From an uncultured Burkholderiales bacterium (lineage in GTDB: Bacteria > Actinomycetota > Acidimicrobiia > IMCC26256 > JACPCJ01): a stretch of DNA of 64,000 nucleotides. This document shows positions 39,359 through 48,161 of this stretch, piece after piece. Each line of letters begins with the position of its first letter. Within the stretch, counting starts at the first letter, position 1. The translations under genes were made by a program, and so were the position numbers. The DNA lies in the NCBI GenBank assembly GCA_964438505.1, contig CAYTKN010000015.1, forward strand, positions 1,883 to 65,882, in the 5' to 3' direction. The notes under the pieces are model-generated. The model saw nothing but the letters and a program-made list of their open reading frames with translations. It did no database searches and was not told the origin of the DNA.

Positions 39359-40524
39359 GCGCCGCGCAGAGCCGACGGCCGCCGCTGGCGCGCTCGGAGC
39401 TCCCGGTCTGCGAGCGGCTCGTCTACCTCAACCACGCCGGGGTGTCGCCGCTTCCCCGCGCGGCCGCGGCGGCGCTGGACGACTACGCGGCCGCCATGCT
39501 CCACGAGGGCTCACTGGCCGGCGGGCGCCACGACGAGCGCCTCGAGGAGGTCCGCCGCAGCGGCGCCGCGCTCATGGGAGTCCCCGGCGACGACGTGGCG
39601 TTCGTCAAGAACACCACCGAGGGCCTCGCCTTCGTGGCCTCGGGCCTGGAGTGGCGACCCGGCGACCGAGTCGTGGTGCCGGCCTGCGAGTTCCCCTCCA
39701 ACCTCTACCCGTGGCGGGCGCTCGAGCGCCTGGGCGTCGAGGTGGTGACCGTCGCCCCGGAGGGGCCCGGGGAGGCCGTCACCGTCGACGCGCTCGACGC
39801 CGCCCTGGCCGCCGGCGGCGTGCGCCTCGTCGCGGTGAGCTGGGTCCAGTTCGGCCGGGGCCACAGGATCGACGTCCCGGCGCTGGCCGAGCGCTGCCGC
39901 GCGCACGGCGCGCTGCTCTGTCTCGACGCCATCCAGGGCCTCGGCGTGCTCCCCGCCGACCTGGAGGCCTGGGGCGTCGACTTCGCGACCGCCGACGCGC
40001 ACAAGTGGCTCCTCGGGCCGGAGGGAGCGGGGCTGCTGTACGTGCGCGCCGAGCGCCGCGACCTGCTGCGGGTGCTCGAACCCGGGTGGGCCTCGGTGCG
40101 CCACCGCGGCGACTACGAGAACCGCGCGCTGGTCCTCGACGACTCGGCGCGCCGCTTCGAGGGCGGGAGCATGAACGTGGCCGGCCTCCTCGCCATGGGC
40201 GCCTCGCTCGACCTGCTCGCCGCCGCCGGGATCGCGGCGGTCTGGGAGCACGTCGACCGGCTCTGCGATCGCCTCGCCGGGCAGCTCGCGCGACGCGGCG
40301 CGGAGGTGCTCACGGACCGCACCCGGGCGACGGCCTCGGGGATCGTCACCTTCGGGGTGCCAGGCCGGGCGCCCGAGGAGGTCGCCGAGCGCCTCGGGCG
40401 CGCCGGGTTCGTGGTCGCCGCCCGGGGCGGCGGGGTGCGGGTGGCGCCGCACGGCTACAACACCGTCGAGGAGATCGACGCCCTCGTCGAGGCCGTCGCG
40501 AGGAGCGCGAGCGGGCCGCCCTGA
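39355..40524 (+). CDS. Aminotransferase class V (cysteine desulfurase / kynureninase-like PLP enzyme)
   Basis: The GTG at 39355 forms a GTGA overlap with plsC and is in frame in track ORF 38752..40524. The product reads YLNHAGVSPLP..DFATADAHKWLLGPEGAGLLY, which includes the PLP-binding Lys. Confidence 0.75.
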   Translation: MSAAQSRRPPLARSELPVCERLVYLNHAGVSPLPRAAAAALDDYAAAMLHEGSLAGGRHDERLEEVRRSGAALMGVPGDDVAFVKNTTEGLAFVASGLEWRPGDRVVVPACEFPSNLYPWRALERLGVEVVTVAPEGPGEAVTVDALDAALAAGGVRLVAVSWVQFGRGHRIDVPALAERCRAHGALLCLDAIQGLGVLPADLEAWGVDFATADAHKWLLGPEGAGLLYVRAERRDLLRVLEPGWASVRHRGDYENRALVLDDSARRFEGGSMNVAGLLAMGASLDLLAAAGIAAVWEHVDRLCDRLAGQLARRGAEVLTDRTRATASGIVTFGVPGRAPEEVAERLGRAGFVVAARGGGVRVAPHGYNTVEEIDALVEAVARSASGPP

Positions 40525-40554
40525 GCGCGGTCCCCGGCCGTGCTCAGGTGCCGC

Positions 40555-41625
40555 TCACGCGGCGCCGACGAGATCGGCGAGCGCCTCGGAGGCGTCCATG
40601 CGCCGGTCGTCGGTGAACGCTCCGCCGAGGCCGCGCGCGGCGGCGGGGTCGCCGCCGGCGGCCAGCGCGGTGAGGCTGTCGAGGAGCGGCATCAGCTCGC
40701 GGAGCTGGCGCGGCGGCGGGAAGTACTCGTCCTCGTCGGTGACGTGCACCCGCTCGACGCCCTCTCGGGGATCGAGGCGGTCGATGACCGCGCTGACGAG
40801 CTCCTCGGGGGCGCTCGCGCCGGCGGTCACGCCCACGACCGCTGCGTCGCCGATCGCGTCCAGGTCGAGCTGGTCGGGGCCGTTGATGCGCTGGACCCGC
40901 TCGCAGCCCGCCTCGCGCGCGACCCGCGCCAGCGCGAGCGTGTTCGAGGAGTTGGCGCTGCCGATCACCACCACCGCACCGGCGCGCCGCGCGATCTCGG
41001 TGAGCGCCGCCTGGCGGTTGGTGGTCGCGAAGCAGAGGTCGTTGCGGGTGGCGGTCCACAGCGAGGGGAACCGCTCGCGGGCCCGGTCGAGGAGGCCCTC
41101 CCACTCGGAGAGGGCGAGGGTGGTCTGGGCGAGCAGCGCGACGCGCTCGGGGTCGTCGACCGAGTCGACGGCCTCCTCGAGCTCCTCGTCGGACTGGACG
41201 AGACGCATGGCGTCGGGCGCCTCGGCGAGGGTGCCGACGGCCTCCTCGTGGCCCTCGTGGCCGACGTAGAGGATCGTGTAGCCCTTGCGGGCGCGGCTCT
41301 TGGCCTCGTGGTGGACCTTGGTGACCAGCGGGCAGACCGCGTCGACGACGAAGCCGCGCTCGCTGGCCGCGCGCACGACCTCCGGCGCCGATCCGTGCGC
41401 CGAGAGCATCACCGGGGCGCCGGCGGGGACGTCGCCGATGTCGTCGACGAAGACCACGCCCAGCTCGGAGAAGCGCTCCACCACGAGCCGGTTGTGGACG
41501 ATCTCGTGGTAGCAGTACACGGGCGGGTCGAAGACGCGCACCATCCACGCCAGCGCCTTGATCGCCATCTCGACGCCGGCGCAGAACCCTCGCGGTTGGG
41601 CCAGCAGCACCTCGTGAACGGGCAT
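40555..41625 (-). CDS. ispH: 4-hydroxy-3-methylbut-2-enyl diphosphate reductase
   Basis: This is the internal ATG at 41625 of track ORF 40555..41748. The product reads MPVHEVLLAQPRGFCAGVEMAI..SAHG..CPLVTKVH and matches the canonical IspH N-terminus. It has a ~40-aa C-terminal extension. Confidence 0.88.
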   Translation of the reverse strand: MPVHEVLLAQPRGFCAGVEMAIKALAWMVRVFDPPVYCYHEIVHNRLVVERFSELGVVFVDDIGDVPAGAPVMLSAHGSAPEVVRAASERGFVVDAVCPLVTKVHHEAKSRARKGYTILYVGHEGHEEAVGTLAEAPDAMRLVQSDEELEEAVDSVDDPERVALLAQTTLALSEWEGLLDRARERFPSLWTATRNDLCFATTNRQAALTEIARRAGAVVVIGSANSSNTLALARVAREAGCERVQRINGPDQLDLDAIGDAAVVGVTAGASAPEELVSAVIDRLDPREGVERVHVTDEDEYFPPPRQLRELMPLLDSLTALAAGGDPAAARGLGGAFTDDRRMDASEALADLVGAA

Positions 41626-41632
41626 CGCCGCG

Positions 41633-41638
41633 AGGGTA
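41633..41638 (-). promoter_or_regulatory. Candidate -10 box (TACCCT on the minus strand) of the leaderless ispH transcript
   Basis: This TANNNT hexamer ends 7 nt before the ispH ATG (41625). Confidence 0.4.
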
Positions 41639-41644
41639 GACACG

Positions 41645-41650
41645 TACACT
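41645..41650 (+). promoter_or_regulatory. Candidate -10 box (TACACT) of the leaderless DUF512 gene transcript
   Basis: This TANNNT hexamer ends 6 nt before the ATG at 41657. Confidence 0.4.
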
Positions 41651-41656
41651 GGCGCC

Positions 41657-43153
41657 ATGGAGACGACTGCCCGCGTCGTGGCGGTCGCGCCCGAGTCTCC
41701 GGCGGCACGAGCCGGCGTCGCCCCCGGCGACGAGCTCCTCGCTCTCAACGGAGAGGCTCTGCGCGACGTCGTGCGCTACCAACTCGCCGCCGACGAGGCG
41801 GACCTCGAGCTCGAGGTGCGCTCGGGCGGGATCGAGCGCACCGTGGAGGTGCGCAAGCGGACGGGACAGCCGCTCGGGATGGAGCTCGAGAGCGCGGTGT
41901 TCGACCGGGTGCGGACCTGCGACAACCACTGCCCGTTCTGCTTCATCCACCAGCTCCCGAAGGGCATGCGGCGGAGCCTGTACCTCAAGGACGACGACTA
42001 CCGGCTGTCGTTCCTGTACGGGAACTTCACCACCCTCACCCGCTTCACCGAGGCCGACCTCGAGCGCATCGTGGAGGAGCGGCTCGGCCCGCTGTACGTC
42101 AGCATCCACGCCACCGACCCCGAGGTGCGGACCCGCCTGCTGCGCAACCGCCGCGGCGCCACCAGCCTGCGGTGGCTGCGGCTCCTCCTCGACCACGGGG
42201 TGGAGGTGCACGGCCAGGTGGTGCTCTGCCCGGGCGTCAACGACGGCGACGTGCTCGACGACACCCTCGTCGGCGTCCTCGACCGCTACCCCGAGCTCGC
42301 CACGCTCGGAGTGGTGCCGATCGGCGTCAGCGCCCACAACACGGAGTCCGAGATGCGAGCGCTGACCGCCGAGGAGGCGGAGCGCACCCTCGAGACCCTC
42401 GAGGCGTGGCAGCGACGGTTCCTCGACGTGCTCGGCCGGCGCCTCGTCTTCGCCTCCGACGAGCTGTACCTGCTCGCCGGCGCGGAGTTCCCCGAGCTCG
42501 CCTCCTACGAGGGCCTCGCGCAGCACGAGAACGGGATTGGCATGGTGCGCACCTTCGAGCACGAGGTGCGCACCCGCCTGCGCGGCGGCGAGGTCGAGCC
42601 GGTCGGGCCGAGCGACGGGTTCTTCGCCTGGAGCGACGGGGCGGAGGCCTACGCGCCGTGCGGCGCGCCGACCGGGGAGCCGACGGGGGAGTGGCGCCGT
42701 GTGGAGGGAGCCCCCGCGGAGGGCTACCGGGCGGAGCGCACCGTCGAGACGCCCGTGCAGCTCGGAGCGCCGCGGACCGACCGGAACGGGAGCCACGGGC
42801 GGAACCCGCGGGACCGCCGGGACCGGCCCGTCGGGGTGATCACCGGCGAGTACGGCGCGCGGGTGCTCGAGCCGCTCCTGGCCGCCCTCGAGGAGCAGGC
42901 CGGGGTGCCGGTGCGGCCGGTGCGGGTCCCCAACCGGTTCTTCGGGGGGAACATCGCGGTGGCGGGGCTGCTCACCGGAGCGGACGTCGCCGCCGCCCTC
43001 GAGGAGGAGCCGGCCGACCACCGGTACCTCCTCCCCGACGTCGTGCTCTCGAAGGACCGGTTCCTCGACGGCACGGCCGTGACCGACCTGCCGGTTCCCG
43101 TCGAGGTGGTCCCCACCACGGGTGTCGACCTGGTCGACGCGCTGGCGCGGTGA
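41657..43153 (+). CDS. DUF512 domain protein (N-terminal PDZ plus radical-SAM-like core)
   Basis: It has a PDZ-like N-terminus (AARAGVAPGDELLALNG), CDNHCPFCF, and YLKDDDYRLSFLYGNFTTLT. Sitting immediately upstream of der is typical for this family. Confidence 0.75.
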   Translation: METTARVVAVAPESPAARAGVAPGDELLALNGEALRDVVRYQLAADEADLELEVRSGGIERTVEVRKRTGQPLGMELESAVFDRVRTCDNHCPFCFIHQLPKGMRRSLYLKDDDYRLSFLYGNFTTLTRFTEADLERIVEERLGPLYVSIHATDPEVRTRLLRNRRGATSLRWLRLLLDHGVEVHGQVVLCPGVNDGDVLDDTLVGVLDRYPELATLGVVPIGVSAHNTESEMRALTAEEAERTLETLEAWQRRFLDVLGRRLVFASDELYLLAGAEFPELASYEGLAQHENGIGMVRTFEHEVRTRLRGGEVEPVGPSDGFFAWSDGAEAYAPCGAPTGEPTGEWRRVEGAPAEGYRAERTVETPVQLGAPRTDRNGSHGRNPRDRRDRPVGVITGEYGARVLEPLLAALEEQAGVPVRPVRVPNRFFGGNIAVAGLLTGADVAAALEEEPADHRYLLPDVVLSKDRFLDGTAVTDLPVPVEVVPTTGVDLVDALAR

Positions 43154-43157
43154 GGCG

Positions 43158-44564
43158 GTGAGCCCGAGGCCGCTGGTCGCGGTGATCGGCCGGCCCAACG
43201 TCGGGAAGTCGACGCTGGTCAACCGCGTGGTCGGTCGCCGGGAGGCGATCGTGGAGGAGCATCCCGGGGTGACTCGCGACCGCAAGGAGCTCGACGCGGA
43301 GTGGCGCGACCGCCCCTTCCGCATCGTCGACACCGGCGGCTGGCTCGAGGGCGAGGGGGACGCCCTCACCCGGCAGGTGAGCGCGCAGGCCGAGCGCGCG
43401 ATCGCCGAGGCCGACGTCGTCGTGATGGTCGTCGACGTCACCACCGGGGTCACCGACGAGGACGCGGCGGTGGCCCGCCTGCTGCGCCGCCGCGAGCGCC
43501 CGGTCCTGCTCGTGGCGAGCAAGGTCGACAACGAGGCCCGCGAGCTCGAGATCTGGGACGCCATGAAGCTCGGCCTCGGCGAGCCGATCCCGGTCTCGGC
43601 GATGCACGACCTCGGGACGAGGGACCTCCTCGACGCCCTCGTCGAGGCGCTGCCCGACGAGGAGCGGGAGACGGCGGGCGACGCGGGAAGCGAGGAGGCC
43701 GCGACCGGCCGGGAGGACACCGAGGGGGACGACACCGGGCAGGCCGACACCGGCGGGGCCGCGACCGGCGGGGCCGCGACCGGCGGCGTCTTCGCCGTGG
43801 CGATCGTCGGCCGGCCCAACGTCGGCAAGTCGACCCTGTTCAACCGCCTCCTGGGCGAGGAGCGCTCCATCGTGCACGAGGAGCCGGGCACGACGCGGGA
43901 CGCCGTCGACGTGCTGGTCGAGACCGGCGAGGGCCCCGTGCGGTTCGTGGACACCGCCGGGATGCGCCGGCGCAGCCGCGTCGACGAGGCCACCGAGTAC
44001 TACGGGCTGGTGCGGTCCCTCCAGGCGGTCGACCGCGCCGACGCGGCGCTCCTCGTGGTGGACGCCTCGGAGGGGGTCACCCACCAGGACCAGCGCCTCG
44101 CCGAGCGCGTGGACGCCAGCGGCTGCGCGATCACGATCGTGCTGAACAAGTGGGACCTCGTCGACGCGGAGCAGCGCGCCAGGGTCGAGTGGGAGGTGGC
44201 CGACCGGCTGGTGTTCCTCGGCTACGCGCCGGTGCTGCGCGTCTCGGGGCGCACGGGCAGGAGCGTCGACCAGATCGTGCCGGCGCTGCTCGCGGCCCGC
44301 GACTCGTACCACCGCCGGGTGCCCACCGCGCAGCTCAACCGGGTGCTCCAGGAGGCGCAGCGGAACCACCCAGCGCCGATCGAGCGGGGGAAGCGAGCCC
44401 GCGTCCTCTACGGCACCCAGGGCGCCACGGACCCGCCGACCTTCACGCTCTTCGCGAACCGCACCGTCCCCGCCACCTACCTGCGGTACCTGGAGCGGAG
44501 CATCCGGGAGGCCTTCGAGTTCGGCCCGACCCCGATCAAGGTCCGGGTGCGACGCCGCTCGTGA
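43158..44564 (+). CDS. der: Ribosome biogenesis GTPase Der (EngA), two GTPase domains plus a KH-like domain
   Basis: The GTG at 43158 is in frame in track ORF 43122..44564. It carries GRPNVGKST twice, at the starts of GD1 and GD2. An acidic/Gly-rich linker insertion separates the two domains. Confidence 0.9.
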   Translation: MSPRPLVAVIGRPNVGKSTLVNRVVGRREAIVEEHPGVTRDRKELDAEWRDRPFRIVDTGGWLEGEGDALTRQVSAQAERAIAEADVVVMVVDVTTGVTDEDAAVARLLRRRERPVLLVASKVDNEARELEIWDAMKLGLGEPIPVSAMHDLGTRDLLDALVEALPDEERETAGDAGSEEAATGREDTEGDDTGQADTGGAATGGAATGGVFAVAIVGRPNVGKSTLFNRLLGEERSIVHEEPGTTRDAVDVLVETGEGPVRFVDTAGMRRRSRVDEATEYYGLVRSLQAVDRADAALLVVDASEGVTHQDQRLAERVDASGCAITIVLNKWDLVDAEQRARVEWEVADRLVFLGYAPVLRVSGRTGRSVDQIVPALLAARDSYHRRVPTAQLNRVLQEAQRNHPAPIERGKRARVLYGTQGATDPPTFTLFANRTVPATYLRYLERSIREAFEFGPTPIKVRVRRRS

Positions 44565-44597
44565 GCCCCGGCGGGAACGTGTGGCGGGGCTCCGGGA

Positions 44598-44662
44598 GCA
44601 CCGCCCTGGGGAGGACCGCCCTGGGGAGGACCGCACTGGGGAGCAGCGCCCTGGGGGGCACC
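44598..44662. repeat. Intergenic 15-bp tandem repeat x ~4.3 (consensus g[gc]accgccctgggga)
   Basis: The copies lie at 44598-44612, 44613-44627, 44628-44642 and 44643-44657, plus a partial copy at 44658-44662. The repeat lies between the der stop and the -10 box at 44666. Confidence 0.9.
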
Positions 44663-44665
44663 AGG

Positions 44666-44671
44666 TAGGCT
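44666..44671 (+). promoter_or_regulatory. Candidate -10 box (TAGGCT) of the leaderless HMG-CoA lyase transcript
   Basis: This TANNNT hexamer ends 6 nt before the ATG at 44678, with no SD sequence. Confidence 0.4.
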
Positions 44672-44677
44672 CGCACC

Positions 44678-45604
44678 ATGCGCGACCTGCCACGACGCGC
44701 CTCGATCCGCGAGGTCGGACCCCGCGACGGACTCCAGAACGAGGAGCCCGTCCCCGTCGAGGCGCGCGTCCGCCTCGTCGACGCCCTGTCCCGCACGGGC
44801 CTCACCCGCATCGAGGCCGGTTCGTTCGTGCATCCCCGCGCGATCCCGCCGATGGCCGGCAGCGACGAGGTGTTCGCCCGGATCGAGCGGGTCCCGGGCG
44901 TGCGCTACACGGCGCTGGTCCCGAACCGGAAGGGCGCCGAGCGGGCGATCGCGGCGGGCGCCGACGCGCTCGAGGTCGTCGTCTCGGCCTCCGAGACCCA
45001 CAATCGCCGCAACGTGAACCGCTCCGTCGACGAGTCGGTCGAGGAGATCGGCCGCCTCGTGGAGCTCGCAGCCGCCGAGGCGAAGCCGGTGGAGGCGGTG
45101 ATCTCCACCTCGTTCGGCTGCCCCTACGAGGGCGACGTCGCAGCCGAGGACGTGGCGCGCCTGGCCCTGCGTCTCGTCGAGGGGTACGGCATCGAGAGCC
45201 TGTGCCTCGGCGACACCACCGGGATGGCGACCCCGCGACGGGTCGACGAGCTCCTCGCGGTGCTCGGCGAGTGGGGCCTCGCCCCCGCGGACGTGCGGTT
45301 GCACTTCCACGACACCCGCGGCTCGGCCCTGGCGAACGTCCTCGCGGCGCTCGAGCAGGGGGTCGCCAGGTTCGACGCGTCGGTGGGTGGCCTCGGGGGA
45401 TGCCCGTACGCGCCGGGCGCGAGCGGCAACGTCTCGACCGAGGACCTGGTCCACATGCTCGAGGACATGGGCGTCGAGACCGGTGTGGACCTCGACGCGC
45501 TGATCGAGGCGGCGTGGCTCGCCGAGGAGATCGTCGGCCGCCGGCTCCCCGGCCAGGTGATGCGCGCCGGGCCGAGGGACCGGCTCGCCGCGGCCTCGTC
45601 GTGA
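44678..45604 (+). CDS. Hydroxymethylglutaryl-CoA lyase
   Basis: The product reads IREVGPRDGLQNE..DTRG..GGLGGCPYAPGASGN and is 308 aa. Confidence 0.88.
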   Translation: MRDLPRRASIREVGPRDGLQNEEPVPVEARVRLVDALSRTGLTRIEAGSFVHPRAIPPMAGSDEVFARIERVPGVRYTALVPNRKGAERAIAAGADALEVVVSASETHNRRNVNRSVDESVEEIGRLVELAAAEAKPVEAVISTSFGCPYEGDVAAEDVARLALRLVEGYGIESLCLGDTTGMATPRRVDELLAVLGEWGLAPADVRLHFHDTRGSALANVLAALEQGVARFDASVGGLGGCPYAPGASGNVSTEDLVHMLEDMGVETGVDLDALIEAAWLAEEIVGRRLPGQVMRAGPRDRLAAASS

Positions 45605-45615
45605 CGTGAGCGGCG

Positions 45616-47148
45616 ATGGGTGACGAGCGGATCGCCGAGGCCCGGGAGCGGGCGCTCGAGGGCAACGTCGAGAAGTACGGCGACAAGCTGCGCGAGCAGG
45701 GCAAGCTCTTCGTCCGCGACCGCCTCGCGTCGTTGCTCGACGACGGCTCCGCCATGAGCGAGGACGGGTTGCTGGCCAACGCGCTTGCCGGTGACCTGCC
45801 CGCCGACGGGGTGGTGACCGGGGTCGGTCGCGTCGACGGGCGTCCGGTGTGCGTGATGGCCAACGACCCGACCGTGAAGGCGGGGTCGTGGGGTGCCCGC
45901 ACCGTCGAGAAGATCGTGCGGATCACCGAGGTGGCGCTGCGCGACGAGCTGCCCGTGGTGTACCTCGTCGACTCCGCCGGCGCCCGGATCACCGACCAGG
46001 TCGAGCTGTTCCCGGGCCGGCGCGGCGCCGGGCGGATCTTCGCCAACCAGGTGCGCCTCTCCGGCAAGGTGCCGCAGGTGTGCTGCCTGTTCGGCCCGTC
46101 CGCGGCGGGCGGCGCCTACATCCCCGCCTTCTGCGACGTGGTCTTCATGGTGGAGGGCAACGCGTCCATGTACCTGGGCTCCCCCCGGATGGCCGAGATG
46201 GTGATCGGCGAGCACGTGTCCCTCGAGGAGATGGGCGGGGCCCGGATGCACACCACCGCCAGCGGCTGCGCCGACAACCTGGTGGCGGACGACGCCGAGG
46301 CGATCGCGGGCGCCCGGCACTTCCTCTCCTACCTGCCGGCGCGCTGGCGCGACGCCGCCCCGGCGACGCCGCGGCGCGAGCCACCGGCCGCGGCCCGCCC
46401 GATCGCGGAGATCGTGCCCGCCGAGGCCCGCCGCGCCTACGACATGCACGAGGTGCTCGACGCCCTCCTCGACGAGGACTCCTTCTTCGAGCTCAAGCCG
46501 GACTTCGCGCGCGAGCTGATCGTGGGCTTCGGCCGGATCGACGGCGAGGCCGTCGGTGTGGTGGCCAACAACCCCAAGCACCTCGGTGGGGTGCTCTTCG
46601 TCGACTCGGCCGACAAGGCGGCGCGCTTCGTCTGGCTGTGCGACGCCTTCAACGTGCCGCTGCTGTTCCTCGCGGACGTCCCCGGCTTCATGATCGGCAC
46701 GCAGGTCGAGCGGGAGGGGATCATCCGCCACGGCGCCAAGATGATCACCGCCGTCACCGAGGCGACCGTCCCGAAGATCTCGGTGATCGTGCGCAAGGCG
46801 TACGGCGCGGGCCTCTACGCCATGTGCGGGCCGGCGTTCGACCCGGAGGCGTGCCTGGCGCTGCCGACGGCCCAGATCGCGGTCATGGGTCCCGAGGCCG
46901 CCGTCAACGCCGTCTTCTACAACAAGATCCAGGCGATCGAGGACGAGGGGGAGCGCGCCGCGTTCGTCGCCGAGGAGCAGCGGCGCTACGAGGAGGACGT
47001 CGACATCCTGCGGCTCGCCTCCGAGCTGGTCATCGACGCGATCGTGCAGCCCGAGTCGCTGCGGAGCGAGCTGGTCGCCCGCTTCGAGGCCGCGCGCTCG
47101 AAGCGGCGCGAGGACTTCGACCGCCGCCACGGCGTCCCACCGGTGTAG
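45616..47148 (+). CDS. Acyl-CoA carboxylase carboxyltransferase (beta) subunit, probably methylcrotonoyl-CoA carboxylase type
   Basis: It has two crotonase-like CT domains (..VMANDPTVKAGSWG.., ..VVANNPKHLGGVL..). The MCCase assignment is inferred from the adjacency to HMG-CoA lyase in leucine catabolism. Confidence 0.8.
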   Translation: MGDERIAEARERALEGNVEKYGDKLREQGKLFVRDRLASLLDDGSAMSEDGLLANALAGDLPADGVVTGVGRVDGRPVCVMANDPTVKAGSWGARTVEKIVRITEVALRDELPVVYLVDSAGARITDQVELFPGRRGAGRIFANQVRLSGKVPQVCCLFGPSAAGGAYIPAFCDVVFMVEGNASMYLGSPRMAEMVIGEHVSLEEMGGARMHTTASGCADNLVADDAEAIAGARHFLSYLPARWRDAAPATPRREPPAAARPIAEIVPAEARRAYDMHEVLDALLDEDSFFELKPDFARELIVGFGRIDGEAVGVVANNPKHLGGVLFVDSADKAARFVWLCDAFNVPLLFLADVPGFMIGTQVEREGIIRHGAKMITAVTEATVPKISVIVRKAYGAGLYAMCGPAFDPEACLALPTAQIAVMGPEAAVNAVFYNKIQAIEDEGERAAFVAEEQRRYEEDVDILRLASELVIDAIVQPESLRSELVARFEAARSKRREDFDRRHGVPPV

Positions 47149-47162
47149 CGGGGAGCGGGCGC

Positions 47163-47468
47163 GTGCCGTGGTGCGACGACTGCCGGGCGTACCGGGCCCC
47201 CTCGGCGGTGCGGCGCGACGGGAGCTGCCCCACCTGCGGGGCCCGGGTGGACCCCGGTGGCCTCGCCACCGCCTCGGGGAAGGCCGGCGCCGCGGGCGGC
47301 GCGCCGGGGACGGGCACCAGGCCGGAGGGCGCCTCGAGGACCGCCGAGCGCGAGGAGGTCGCTCCTCCGGTCCCCTGGCACCTCAAGGTGCTCGGGGCGG
47401 CGACCGCCGCCTACCTGGGCCTGCGCGCCTGGCAGGGCGTCGAGCTCCTCATCGACAAGCTCGGCTGA
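47163..47468 (+). CDS. Small hypothetical zinc-ribbon protein with a C-terminal hydrophobic helix
   Basis: The GTG at 47163 is in frame in track ORF 45849..47468. It has CDDC...CPTC (CxxC x2), a Gly/Ala-rich linker, and WHLKVLGAATAAYLGLRAW. Third-position G/C bias is strong. Confidence 0.5.
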   Translation: MPWCDDCRAYRAPSAVRRDGSCPTCGARVDPGGLATASGKAGAAGGAPGTGTRPEGASRTAEREEVAPPVPWHLKVLGAATAAYLGLRAWQGVELLIDKLG

Positions 47469-47617
47469 CCCGTTCTTTCCTTCTCTCCGACGGCTATCGG
47501 GCAGCCCAGGAGGAACGTTCGCCCCGACGCGTGTCCCCACTCGCCGAGGCGCTGCCTCGATCCGTGGTACAAGTGGGCCGTGGGCAACGGTGCAGGGGAC
47601 GCAGGGGAGATGAGGAC

Positions 47618-48142
47618 GTGACGGGATCGAACACGCTCGCAGAGGTCCAGGCGCCGCTCAAGGAGCGCTACCGCGCCGAGCCGGACGCCGCACGGGTCAC
47701 CCTCGAAGCGCACGGGAAGCTCGGCGACGAGGGCGTGTCGTGCTCGGTGGAGACCGGGAGGGCGTTGGTGGAGGCGGGCCTCCATCCGGCCACCGGCGGC
47801 GACGGGCTCCAGGCGTGCTCGGGCGACATGCTCCTCGAGGCGCTCGTCGCCTGCGCGGGGGTGACGTTGCGAGCGGTCGCGACCTCCCTCGAGGTCCCGA
47901 TCGAGTGGGGCGAGGTGCATGCCGAGGGCGACCTCGACTTCCGCGGCACCCTGGCGGTCAGCAAGGAGAGCCCGGTCGGGTTCACCGACATCCGGTTGCG
48001 CTTCGACCTGGAGACCGACGCGCCGAGCGAGCAGGTCGACAAGCTCGTCGAGCTGACGGAGCGCTACTGCGTCGTGTACCAGACCCTCGTCGGCGGTCCC
48101 AGCGTCACCGTCGAGTCGGAGGCCCGGCCGCCGAGCACCTGA
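47618..48142 (+). CDS. OsmC/Ohr family protein
   Basis: The GTG at 47618 is in frame in track ORF 47168..48142, with AGGGGAGA upstream. It has the conserved Cys pair context (..LQACSGDMLLEALVACAG.. and ..ERYCVVYQTL). Confidence 0.8.
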   Translation: MTGSNTLAEVQAPLKERYRAEPDAARVTLEAHGKLGDEGVSCSVETGRALVEAGLHPATGGDGLQACSGDMLLEALVACAGVTLRAVATSLEVPIEWGEVHAEGDLDFRGTLAVSKESPVGFTDIRLRFDLETDAPSEQVDKLVELTERYCVVYQTLVGGPSVTVESEARPPST

Positions 48143-48161
48143 GCCGAGCTCGGGGGCGCGA

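Noticed and set aside
40544-43993. An 1149-aa minus-strand ORF and an 873-aa plus-strand ORF (40540..43161) spanning ispH, DUF512 and der.
   Set aside because: They overlap three confidently assigned genes. Their products are Arg/Pro/Gly-rich nonsense, consistent with GC-driven stop-codon depletion.
47469-47617. A slightly AT/CT-richer spacer (gttctttccttctctcc...) upstream of the OsmC gene, as a possible sRNA or riboswitch.
   Set aside because: I found no convincing conserved-looking secondary structure or terminator. It is most simply a promoter and 5'-UTR region with a good SD sequence (AGGGGAGA).
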